Shown: in pieces, positions 51,160-62,494 of the stretch
How positions within the stretch are numbered: position 1 is the first letter of the stretch
How the letters are laid out: each line of letters opens with the position of its first letter
Notes under the pieces: generated by a model
Databases searched by the model: none
The model's input: the letters and a program-made list of their open reading frames with translations, nothing else
Told to the model about the DNA's origin: nothing
NCBI GenBank assembly: GCA_030141605.1
Contig: JAQGDQ010000357.1
Coordinates: 178,686 to 242,685 of the forward strand
DNA from: Tubiluchus corallicola
Taxonomy: Eukaryota > Animalia > Priapulida
Direction: 5' to 3'
Length of the DNA stretch: 64,000 nucleotides
Program-made: the position numbers and the translations under genes

Positions 51160-52028
51160 AGAACATGGTATGTGCTGGTATTAAAGGTTATAACTTTGCT
51201 TTAGAGGAAGTCATAGTAAAATGAAGTTTAAACCTAGAAAATATTTAAACACAAATTGCCAAATTTCAGTGTATGCAAGTACAATAGCTTGCAATTCTAG
51301 CACATAAAATAATCTCTATTATGTATGCTGAGACTGTTGACCGTACAGTAGCGTTACTTTGTCCGTGCCTACTGTACCAACAGAGTATATATATTCTTAC
51401 TTAGGCTTACATATATCCAAAGTCCCAAATTATACAGTAACATCAGATATAATGGATTATGAAAGCTGATTATACCGAACTCGTACTACACAACATTTAT
51501 ATAAAGTGAAATATGTAATTAGATAAATCATAATCAAAAATATAACAAAATGACCATGAACCATTCATGAAAAACCTACTGTACACAGAGCGTGAAATGT
51601 GTGCATGTGGCGATCTCCCACGGCAGATTTGGTAATTAACTTTCCACAACATTGCTTCAAGCGTTTGGTATGAAACTTGCTGTACGCGGCACGACTGGTT
51701 TAAGTGTCAAATCGATTGGGGGTGACTTTTAAGGTATTATTTAGTCCGTAACGTAATGCAACCATAACGTAGGCGATATAGCAGTATATTTTACTTAGTA
51801 GTCTTCTTTGTATAATTTTATTCGTGGTATGTCAAATAAGTGTTCTTGGTAGAGATCGTTCAGTGTTAATTACGTTGCAGGTAGTGACCATTGTAGGACT
51901 ACCGAGAAATCCACCCCAGCTTCAAAATGAATTGGTCTTTTGGATCGCGCTGCCTGTGCCTGAGTGGAGTTGTGAGTTGCAGGAGTTTTCCGTCCAGAAT
52001 TTCTGTGATTTTCTCTCAAAAAAGAAGC
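51160..52028. promoter_or_regulatory. Probable shared (bidirectional) promoter region of IPP and the Ldh_2 gene
   Basis: Divergent ATGs at 51117(-) and 52029(+); opposed ATTGG (~51715) and CCAAT (~51762) boxes. Confidence 0.55.
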
Positions 52029-55000
52029 ATGGCTGAAGCCACTAATAACTTGGTACCACAAGGAGAAGCCAAGGAATTCATGGTGAGATGTATGACAGCT
52101 GTAGGAACAAACAAGAGTCACGCACAGCAGCTGGCTGATGTTCTGGTGGCTAGTGACTACAGGGGGCATTTTAGTCATGGTCTCAATAGGCTAGGTAAAA
52201 GTGTTCTAAATTGCAATGTTTTATTTATCTGTAGACAGTCTGCTTAATTTTTACTGTTTAATGGTGTTTTGTTCATGTATTGCAAATTAATAGAAATCAC
52301 TCACTGAATTATGGTTCTGTTATCCAGATAGCACAACTACACTGCCGGACAAATAATTATATAATAATAATTAAATAATTATATTTAAGGGTGGAGAAAT
52401 TGCTGACCAATTTAGTGGTGTGCACTTGCGACTTCAGTTAAGCAGTGCTTTGTTTGATTGGTAAATGGATGGGTGACTGGCTGGAAATCTGCCATTTGGT
52501 AATCATAGCGCCTCTGGTTATTTACCTCACTGAGAGGAGATGTGCACACGCACACATGCACATTTACACATATGCTTACAAGTGGCAAAGGCACCTCTGG
52601 TGGTTCTCTGCCACATGCTTGATAATGAGAAAATGCCACTCGTGCTACAATCTCTTATATTAAGGAGGGTCTGTCATTGGGTGTTGAATCCCAGTTTGCT
52701 AAATGCTAAGTTATTTGAATAAACTTCTAAGAGCCTCTTGTGGTCATTCTTAACTATGTTCACCGATATAGTTTTCTCTGGAAAACTTGGGTAAAATTAA
52801 AAACTTATAAAAAGTAATCGCTGCACAACATTTCTGATATATTATTTTTCTATTATTTCTGCAGACATGTACATTCACGACATCAAAAGTGGCATTTGTA
52901 AGAGAGATGGGGCACCTATCATCAAGAATGAGACTGCAGCAACAGCTTACGTGGAAGGCAACAACCTGTTGGGTCCGGTAGTCGGAAACTTTTGTATGGA
53001 TCTTGCAATAAAGAAAGCAAAGGAGGCCGGTGTGGGCTGGGTGGTTAGTAAAGGTAATTAATACGACTGAACAAATTCAGGCCCAAGCCTGCGAGTACAT
53101 TTTAAGAACTAGTTTTCTGTCCTACATTTCAAATTTGTAGCTTTAAAAGCTTACACGATAATTTCACTTTTCACATATTATCAACTTCGGCCAATGGTTT
53201 GTATCTTGCAGAAGTCTGTATTTTGAATACATGTATATCATTGATTGTTTTATTCTTTTATTATCATTCTTGGATGACTAAGAAATTTTTTATATGTCTC
53301 CACTGTACTGTTTATATAGGATCCAATCATTTTAGTATTGCCGGATGGTACAGTATGAGAGCTTGTGAGGAAGGCCTTTTGGTAAGTTTCCCTGGCAATT
53401 ATATTAATCATTTCTAGCATAGGTTGACTAGTTGTACAGGTCACTAGTCATTTATAGCACTGGTCAACCGGATATGAAATTTGCTGGTCATAAATAGGTA
53501 AAAACAATTTCACTTTAACACAGGTTTTTTTTGCCCTGGGTATACACGTTGGCTTACTATTCAGAATACCATGTAGAGTAGAAATTATACTGACAGCAGT
53601 TATTGTACCCTTTATGTACACACATTGTGAGTTGCATTTCCTTGTTTTTGAATTAGATCAACAAATTTCTGCAATTGCATATTATTTCTTGATTATTTGA
53701 GTTACGAATTGCGTTTCTACAGTTTTTAAATATTTGTCAGTCATAAGTTGGGTAAAACTGTTATTGTCAATTTTCGTTATAGAGAAATTGTTTTGTCTTA
53801 TATAGTTTGAGGATGAATTTTGTGACATTCTTGAAAGCATTGCAGCAAACTGGTACCCTATTACGTTAAAATAGTGATTAAATAATAAGCTAATTCATAA
53901 TTTCTTGTGCAACGGGTATTGTAATTGCCGGAGAACTCTAATCATGCTTGTTTTTTCAATATTTTTAGGGAATGGCATTTACAAATACGTCGCCATTAGT
54001 TGTGCCTACAAGAGCAAGGAAGGTGAACTTACTTATTTTTCTTTAGTTATTGAATTGAATTACCCTATGAGGAGACCAAAGTGAAGTCCATAAAAAGTTT
54101 CATTTAATTTATTTTAGTTTGTTTATTATCTTGTCTGTTGTCTCATGGGCTGACTGTTTCACTCATCCGTCCTTACATTCACTCGTTTGTTTATTTTAAT
54201 TTTCTTAGTTTATTTGTTCATGACTACTGTTATTATGTCTCCATGAATAATTTTGAAAGCATCATCGGTTAAAATTTAATAGCTTTTGCAATGAAATTGT
54301 CCTTTAAGTATTTGAAGGGCAAAGTATTTACATTGCTAGCCTGATTTGCTGATTTCTTTTATTGTATAACTCATGCAAGTCTAGGCTCTTTATCTTAAAA
54401 TCTTATTTTAAGTACATTATTGCTGTGTAGTGGTTCCCAGGTGCCACGTTTCTTGTTTGTTGGATTTCAAATGGCCTGGCCAAATAACAACATGTAATTA
54501 TTGTAAACCTGTTATAGAAACTCGGCTGTTTAACTTTCCTATTATGTGTTTCATGCTTGACAAAACGAATAAGTCTCACTAGTTACATTAAATCTTGGTA
54601 AAGAAAGTTGATATAGAGGAAAATTTATATATGTGCTTTTGATCTTGAATGGCCTCAGAACCTATGCATCTGCCTTGTAGTTATAGCTACAGATTATGTT
54701 ACATTACAGAGAAGATGGCTGTTGGATATTGTTAAATATTCTGAATAAAACACACTCAGATTTTACTCATGCTGTATGCTTCGGTGAATGAAAATTTCAA
54801 ATAAAGTCTTAAAGGGGAAGAAAACGGAATTTTAAAGTGCATTAGAAAACTTCCCACACAAAGCTATATTACCTAACATTACGCTTACCTGTTTGAAAGA
54901 CTTGGTATATAATAAGACTTTTCGTATTATGTAAGGCGAAAAGAAAATGGTTAACAATTTAAAATTTTTGTGCCAAACCGTCATTAACTCACTTTCCTGG

Positions 55001-58000
55001 TGTTCACCACTCAGTCACCATCACGGTATTGATGTTATTAACAGTATAAAGTAATTTAATCCTTTTCTTAGTTAGCGAAGAGTTGTCTTTTTTGCAACTG
55101 GTGCTGCTCTGTGCTTTTCTTACTATATTACATTAACGTATTTATTTACATCAGCCAGGTGAAGTTACAGTGATACATCTCCACACACTGTTTCTGCATG
55201 TATGGGAGCAGAATAAATTTTAGCGAGTTTTAGGGACAAATCCATTACTTAGTACCATTTGCTGAGTATGAGTTGCCTTGTTTTCATGTTTTTTTTTTGT
55301 TTGAATATTTAGCCAATTTTAGGGACAAATCCATTAACGTTAGCTGCTCCTGGAAAAGATGGCGATGATTTCGTCTTAGACATGGCTACTTCAACATGTG
55401 CAGTGGGGAAGGTAATTATTCTGATAATGTTTTTCTTTGCAGTTATTGAGATCTTTTGTGCTTGTTTCAGCAGTTGTTGGTTTAACTACATTTTTCATAT
55501 TCAAGATTTAGCTTGTGTGGCTCGTGATTGTTGCCCAGCCATGGTACCGACTTCTACTGTGCACTGTTTATAAAACACACTCCCAAAAAGTGAAATTTTT
55601 TTAAACTTTTCTTGGTACCATGTTCTCTTAATTATTTATAATTTGATTTCAAGACTATCAGTTAATGATGGAATTATTAAATTTCTGAAATCGAGTTTAA
55701 TTGGAAGAAAGGAAATATTTACGAAAAAGTAGTGACTAAGCTAGGATTTGAACTGGCGACCCCAAAAATTCCAGAACAAGCTGGAGTGCTCCTTAAAGAT
55801 ACTGAACTAAGAAGTGTGGCTTAACTGACTTGGAAATATCTAGCTTGGATAAAGAGAGTGTTTTCCCTAGATTCATAATATGTGTGCTTGCTTAGCAAAA
55901 TCGTCCATAAGTTGGCAATTAAGCTTTTCTAGTTATTCACATACCCTGAATCTCCATTTCATAAGGGTCATTTTGATACCCAAGCTCATCGCTCTATATT
56001 ATTTCTGAGCTGAGATAATCTACATTGAAGTCGAGGTGCACGCTACATACTGAAAAACATAACCGTGAGAAAATCGCTGTTAAAGTTAGCTATTGTTTTT
56101 TATCATGTTTCTACAAAACGCTTAGCAACCTCACAAATGATGATTGCTTTCGTACTTTGCAAGAACACATTAATGTTATGTTTATATCCAGTAGGTGGCT
56201 CTTCCTGATGAAGGTCTTGGCTTGGCAAAAATGATTGCTTCCATGAGCTACTACCAGAGTTTGAAATAATTGTAGTACTAGTTTCTAAACAGAAAAGTGA
56301 GTATGGGGTTGTAAAATTGGATTTTTAATATTCTTTAAAAATTTTCTTGATCATTTAATGCTAGAACATTAAAGTTCAATATATCTTAGCATTTGTTTTT
56401 ATAAAAAACAAAAAAAATTACATTTGACCAAATTTTTGGTGCATTCTACTTTGAAGCATCATAACGTAGTTTTAGCTGTGCCGACTTATGGACAATTGTG
56501 GTTTGCAAGCACACATTAGCAAATCTTCTGTCTTCATTATCCTTCCAAGTACTAACCCCAGGTAGCAGCGCTTAACTTTAGAATACTGCAGTGACTGACC
56601 TTTAGTGTACATTGTGATACTGATTAATCATTCTAACAAAACTTCGAAGTTGATAACAAGGAAAAGATATGTTCCGTAGTATTGATTGTTGAGAAAATAT
56701 TCATTATAGTAAATTTTATTGTTTCTGCAGATAGAAATTCAACACAGGAAAGGTATGGACATACCTAGTGGTTGGGGAGTTGATGCACAAGGAAAGGTAT
56801 GTGTACTTGATTGCCAGCTTAACATATTCATGTGTGGAAAAATTTAGTTTGTAAAATGGTGGATGATGTATATGCAGCACAAATATAATACAACAGAATA
56901 TATCTGTAAATTCAATTGTTAATATAAAGTATAATCATTTTAATAGTTTCTTCTGTGCACTTGAAATCTTGAATGTTTGGTAAGTGGCCAAGACTGCCAA
57001 GAATTCTGTACATCGTGAAATGCACCGCAGGAGTTCTGCCAGTCGAAAATAATAGATAATTTTACAAGATCAGAAGTTTCTGCAGGGCTTTACAGTTTAT
57101 TCAGTGAACAAAACAGAGTCAACACTTTTGCAAATTTCAAAATTTTAAATGTAGCACAAATTCAATGTCCTTGCGAAGTCAGTACATTTTTTATATTAAC
57201 ATATTTTGCTTTGTTCAATCATACCTTTGGTATACAGTTATACACAACTGTGATCAATGATTCATTAATGCTAAAGAAATGCATGTTACAAAGTATAATT
57301 CTTGACAATTATGTGTTAGTAATGAATTAAATATTGATGTTAAATTAGTAATACTACATACAGGGAATTGATGAAAAACAATGAGTAGATTTTATAAGGT
57401 CTCGGATAGTTTAAAACAATGTATTATTTTGCTTGTAGTTTAGTTGAGAGGATTCGAAAGGACCTGTCGAAACTACTCAAGTTATTTATGTTAAACAGGA
57501 AAACATCTCGTTAATATAAAAGTTAGTTGTTCCTCAAGTTAGTTATTCTACTAACTGTGAATACGTAACTATATTCACCAGATATGGGATCACTTATACT
57601 GTAGTACAAAAGGAATCACTAGCTAGCTAACTTGGAAATATGTAAAAAAACATAGTTACTGAGTTTAAACTTAGATCTGCTTCTTTTTGAGTAAAGGTTA
57701 CTGTTCTAATTATTTTGCCACAGTTAAGCATTTGAAGCTAGAAAAGATTGTCTTTACAAATATTTAAACTTTTACACAGTGCAAAGAATTATAAGTTCTA
57801 TAAACATTCTAGGCTAAATAAATTTGTAGTGCTCACTTATCACCCAGGAGGTTGCAGTTCAACTCCCGACCTAGTCATAAGAAAGACTTAAAAAATAATA
57901 CAGTTGGTTATTCAACCTACAATCACTCGAACTTATCAAAGTAACTTGTGGGTAATAATAATTGGGACCAGCTTGCAAATAAGTATTGAGTGACTTATTG

Positions 58001-61000
58001 TGTTATCCCTGTATTACGTCTTAAAGGAACTTTATTACTATCTTTAAGTGCTCATAAACTTCAGTTTTGCATATGACAAGACACTAGTTGTTTTACAAAA
58101 CTCATACTCAATTTAGTCGTATGTTTCTGGTCTCTTTCTGCAAAATGGACAACATTTGTACACCTTTCTTGCCGCAATCTGGAATTCTTCGAGCTTAATC
58201 GAATAAACCATAGCATTTATGGTGGAGTGACATATAGCTGGTAGGAGTGCCCACTCATACAGAGATGGTGTTAGGTGAGAGTCTTCACCGTGTACCAGGA
58301 GGGCGATATGCACCACAAAAACAGGCGTCCAGCATATCCCACTGAGACCGATCGTAATGAGCAGCGTCTTTACCAGTCGCAGTTTTTGATGCGGTGCCTC
58401 ATCTACAGCGGCTGAAACATTTTCCTCATTCATAGCACGGATGTGGTTCAGTGTCACTTTGGCAATTCTCATATAGCAGAAGAATGTTGTTAGTCCAAGG
58501 ATAGGAATACAAAGACAGTAGACGATAGACCACATGTAGAACGCCTTTCCGTGGATGCACTTGCAATATCTGCAAGTTTCGCCATCTTGGATGTAAAACG
58601 TGATTCCAAGACTCAAGTGAATAAGTATCACAGCCCATAAGAAGAAAACTAGGATGCAAAAGTTACGACGGGAAAAGAAGTTTTCTGCACTAAAGGGATA
58701 AAGAATTTTTATATACCGTTCAATGATGACTGACGCCTGATAGTATCCCGATGCAACAATGGAAACAAATATGCTGTTTTCTTTGATGGCACACCACACC
58801 AGGTTGCATGCCATTGGCCAATTCCCAAAGTAAAAAAAGGCACTGAGTATTGCTGCATAACCGACACGTTGATCAGCAAATGCCAAGTGTGCCAGTAAAT
58901 AGTACGGAATCGAACGCATCGATGGTGACTTGTAGATGACATACATGACAATGTTGTTGCTGATGACGGCACTGTATCCAGCAACTAATAGCAGGACATT
59001 CAAAACTGAGTCGCTTAACGTCTGCTCGATGATGCATACGTCTTCTTCTGCTGTGGTTGTAGTCAACGAAGAGTTTACTAAGAACATATTTTTTGAAAGT
59101 TTACTTCCCCAATCAGTAATTTGTTAGAATGGTTGAAAACAAATTACTGAATCATGGTATTCCCATAAATACACTTGACAGAAATGTTGCTTCCATTAGT
59201 GAGTTTGTGAAACTGAGACAATTTCGTCCCCTGCGTCACATCAATTTAAAACCACATTAGGTAATTACATCAGTAATTATTTTCAGTATGACAGTGACAT
59301 GTTTATGCTGCACTCATTGTTACATGTTTTCGTGTATGCGTTTTTGTATGGCACATGACAAACTCTACAAACTGTTTTTTACTCAAAATGTGACATTTTA
59401 TTTTATATGTGACAATGAAAGGTGACTTTCATTTTAGGCAGATTATTGCTTTTAATATGAAAAGTGTTTTCTCTGTATGTAAACAGTGAAATTGCTCGTT
59501 GGACGTAATGGTACCATAAATCTGTGTGCGTGGTGTGAAGCCAATACATTATGAATACATTTCATTGTAATTATGTCACACCACTGTTCATGTTTGTTCA
59601 AAATTACTAATGCATTTTAATGCATCACATTAACACAGTACATCTAGCAGTAGCAGTAGCAGTAGTAGCGGTTTGTTCATATACTACCAGAACAAAATTA
59701 CATGGATCTTTAACATTAGTAATGTATTAAGATGACCCACAAAATCAACTTAGAAAAAATAATTGATGTATTTCCACTTGCGGTCCCAATGTAATAGTAA
59801 TGTTTTCCTGGTAAATAACCTATTTTATACAAGTTACATAGAAAATAAAATCAGTACAATATAGTATTTAATTGAAGCTTAAAGTGTACACAAAGCAGCA
59901 GAACAAATATGGCCCACTTTAGGTGTGTATATATCCAAATGCAGCTAAGGTACTTCTGCTGGATCAGTGGCTCACTTTAAAGGACTAGCCTTTACAATGA
60001 GCCAGGGTCTGATTATGTTACAAACTTTGCACTGGGTAGATGTGCCATTCAATGCTGGATTCCGTCTTGCAGTAAGTGTACAAGTAATTAAGTAAGTTCA
60101 TTAGAACATTACAGGTAAAAAACTGAATTACTGCATTTATGCAAAAATTTAAAAACCTAGCTAAATTTTCCAAAGCTTTTCACCTGATTTTTTGTAACCT
60201 TTGCCATTCAATAATCAAATTAAATATTCTAAAGGTGATGTATAATATCTGTCAGCACTACATTTTTTTAAATATACTTTCATTATTTCTGGTTGATCTT
60301 AGACCTGGTTGTTCTCTCGTTGCTGGAATTAAAGAATATAAAAAGCAAGCCAAAAGTATAAATCTGTTTTCATGTGTGTTTTGAAAATGAATTATTGGGT
60401 GGGAAGTAGTGAACAGTTTTATGTTTGGTGCTACACAAAATGTGAGGGAGGCATAAGTGTACCATTTTTTACCCCCGCTTTAAGACTAGCTATTGATCAG
60501 AATAGCCATACTAATAACCTAAAGCAAACTCAGACAAACAATAAATTTGGTAATAATTCAATAAGCAAGCAAGAAATTTATGTATGGAACTCCCCCATCT
60601 ATTGTCAAACAATCAGAATTGAATCACTAACTGTTTTTAAAAAGAAACTGAAACAACACTAACTAAGCCAACTAAGAAGATTCCAAAAGCCTACTTACGT
60701 AAATGACAATAACTTCTTTAATTTAAACTTTGTACACCCATGTCCCCAATAAGTAAAAGAGAAATTTCTTTAATTATAAATTCGCAACTCATAATTCATA
60801 AATGCTAATGTGTACAAATAATTTTTATTAGGTATGTATATACTAATGTAATGTGTAGATTGTAATAATTGATGAAAATTTTGCTTTACATTTATTATGT
60901 ATTTAACTTATTGTATTGGACCTATTTTTTTGTTATGTATTATGTATTTAGTGTATATTGTAATAAATTTATATAAATTTTATCTTACATTTATTATGTA

Positions 61001-62494
61001 CTTTACTTATGGTATGGTGCCTATTATAGTAGTGTGAACCTATTGTATCTATGTATATAATTGCTTTTAGTTTTAATTTTTATCCCGTAGTAGTTTATAG
61101 TTTTGCATCAGACACATTTGCCTTTAACAGTGTTTTAGTATTGAAAATATTTTTAACACTGAGGATTGTAATTTTATTGTAATCTATTTTATGGCAAATG
61201 AAAGTATATGTATATGTATACCTATTGTTTCTTCTTGCAGGAAGTACATGATCCAGAAAAAGTACTGAAAGGCGGTGGACTTCTACCACTAGGGGGCACC
61301 GAGATAGGCAGTGGCTACAAAGGCTACGGTCTGGCGATGCTAGTGGAAATCTTCTGTGGGATACTAGGAGGAGCCGCTTACGGGCCGAACGTTCGCAAGT
61401 GGATGAACACGACAATCGAGGCTGATCTGGTAAGAATAATTTTTTATTGTAAGTTGTTTATTATATTGTCAAGCAGAAGTACAATGATGAATACAAGGAC
61501 TCTAATGAAGCCTTTTTTCCTGCCATCTAAATTTATTTTTTATTTTTTTGCAAGTGCACTAGTTTTTCATTTTTATAGCCAAATTCCACCAAATGTAACT
61601 CACTCCTTGACACAAAGGTTATTAAGGTACTGGATTAAATTTGTATTACTTGTATTTCTTTTGCACATGGGGTTCTTCCTACACTAGCTACACAGAAAGT
61701 AGTTTGTTCAAGCTTATAACACATTACTCCGACTAGGGATAGATCTGACCAAAATTTAGAGCCAACCCACAGATGGAGCCAAGATATTAGCCGGAGCTCG
61801 ATCTCGGATGTCTGATGGTTTTTAAATTTGCATTAGTCGTCGGCACAATTATGCCGTTTGTTTTTATTAAATCTATAAATGTTTCGTGTGAAACAATGAA
61901 CTTCTAAGTTTCTCTTCTACAGTTCTTTATTAAAAACAATAAACTGCTGTAACTTAGAAAAATATTCCCATTTTTTGTGATTGTACTGTCTTTTTTAAAT
62001 GCTAATTTTAAATTGAAATTAAAAAGGTAGTGAAGTTAATTACATTGAAGGTTATACCTTCGAACTAGGTCATCTGTCATTGTGTTTCTGTTGATTTATT
62101 TCTGCTTAAGTAAGCAAATGTTTATGCTACTGATTCCTAAACTGGCAGAATATTGCAAAGTATTCCCATTTGCTACCTAATTGCGCAATTATAAGAACAC
62201 CTTAACTCTGTACTTTACTTTTGAATTTTATTTATAATTATAACAGTAGCCCTAGCTATAATATCGAATTTCGTTGGGGCCAAAACCCCTAGGTTGGCCA
62301 AAGACACCAGTTATACTAAAAGTCTCCAGGTCAGTTATAAGCACAAACCCCTAGCATTCTATTGTATGTAGTATCATGTTTTTTTTTATTATTTGCAGGG
62401 TCAGTGTTTTATTGCCATCAATCCGGAAGCTTTTGCTCCAGGTTTTAAGGACAGGATGAGTGATTTGATGGGAATCTGCCGAAACCTTGATCCG
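52029..62494 (+). CDS. Ldh_2-family malate/L-lactate dehydrogenase-like oxidoreductase (YjmC/AllD/ComC-like); exons 52029-52194, 52865-53053, 53320-53381, 53969-54022, 55313-55411, 56731-56796, 61241-61429, 62399-62494; 3' end beyond window
   Basis: Family motifs SDYRGHFSHGLNRL, GNNLLGPVVG, SNHFSIAGWY, FTNTSP, LGTNPL, DMATS, PSGWGVD, LLPLGG..GYKGYGL, GQCFIAINP; all GT-AG junctions in frame; no stop reached within the window. Confidence 0.93.
52436..52492 (+). mobile_element. 5S rRNA-like SINE remnant
   Basis: AGTTAAGCAGTG...TTGGTAAATGGATGGGTGACTGGCTGGAAAT resembles the 5S box A to box C segment. Confidence 0.5.
56534..56579 (-). mobile_element. 5S rRNA-like SINE remnant
   Basis: Minus strand AAAGTTAAGCGCTGCTACCTGGGGTTAGTACTTGGAAGG. 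Confidence 0.5.
58113..59087 (-). CDS. Intronless class A (rhodopsin-like) orphan GPCR, 324 aa, nested antisense in intron 6 of the Ldh_2 gene
   Basis: Seven hydrophobic segments; TM1 SN, TM2 LAFAD, TM3 ERY, TM4 W, TM5 Y (CYMRI), TM6 CWTP, TM7 NAMVY, helix-8 EF followed by Cys residues; N-terminal NSS sequon. Confidence 0.9.
   Translation of the reverse strand: MFLVNSSLTTTTAEEDVCIIEQTLSDSVLNVLLLVAGYSAVISNNIVMYVIYKSPSMRSIPYYLLAHLAFADQRVGYAAILSAFFYFGNWPMACNLVWCAIKENSIFVSIVASGYYQASVIIERYIKILYPFSAENFFSRRNFCILVFFLWAVILIHLSLGITFYIQDGETCRYCKCIHGKAFYMWSIVYCLCIPILGLTTFFCYMRIAKVTLNHIRAMNEENVSAAVDEAPHQKLRLVKTLLITIGLSGICWTPVFVVHIALLVHGEDSHLTPSLYEWALLPAICHSTINAMVYSIKLEEFQIAARKVYKCCPFCRKRPETYD
60500..60690 (+). 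mobile_element. Degenerate 3' end of a CR1/L2-like LINE ORF2
   Basis: Translates to ..NKFGNNSISKQEIYVWNS..ESLTVFKKKLKQH*, like the WNxLP..SxxxFKxxLK terminus of CR1/L2 proteins; second copy at 1465-1625. Confidence 0.5.

Noticed and set aside
52029-62494. Bacterial contamination or recent horizontal transfer of the Ldh_2 gene
   Set aside because: At least eight canonical donor sites, AT-rich introns with host repeats, and tight linkage to animal genes.
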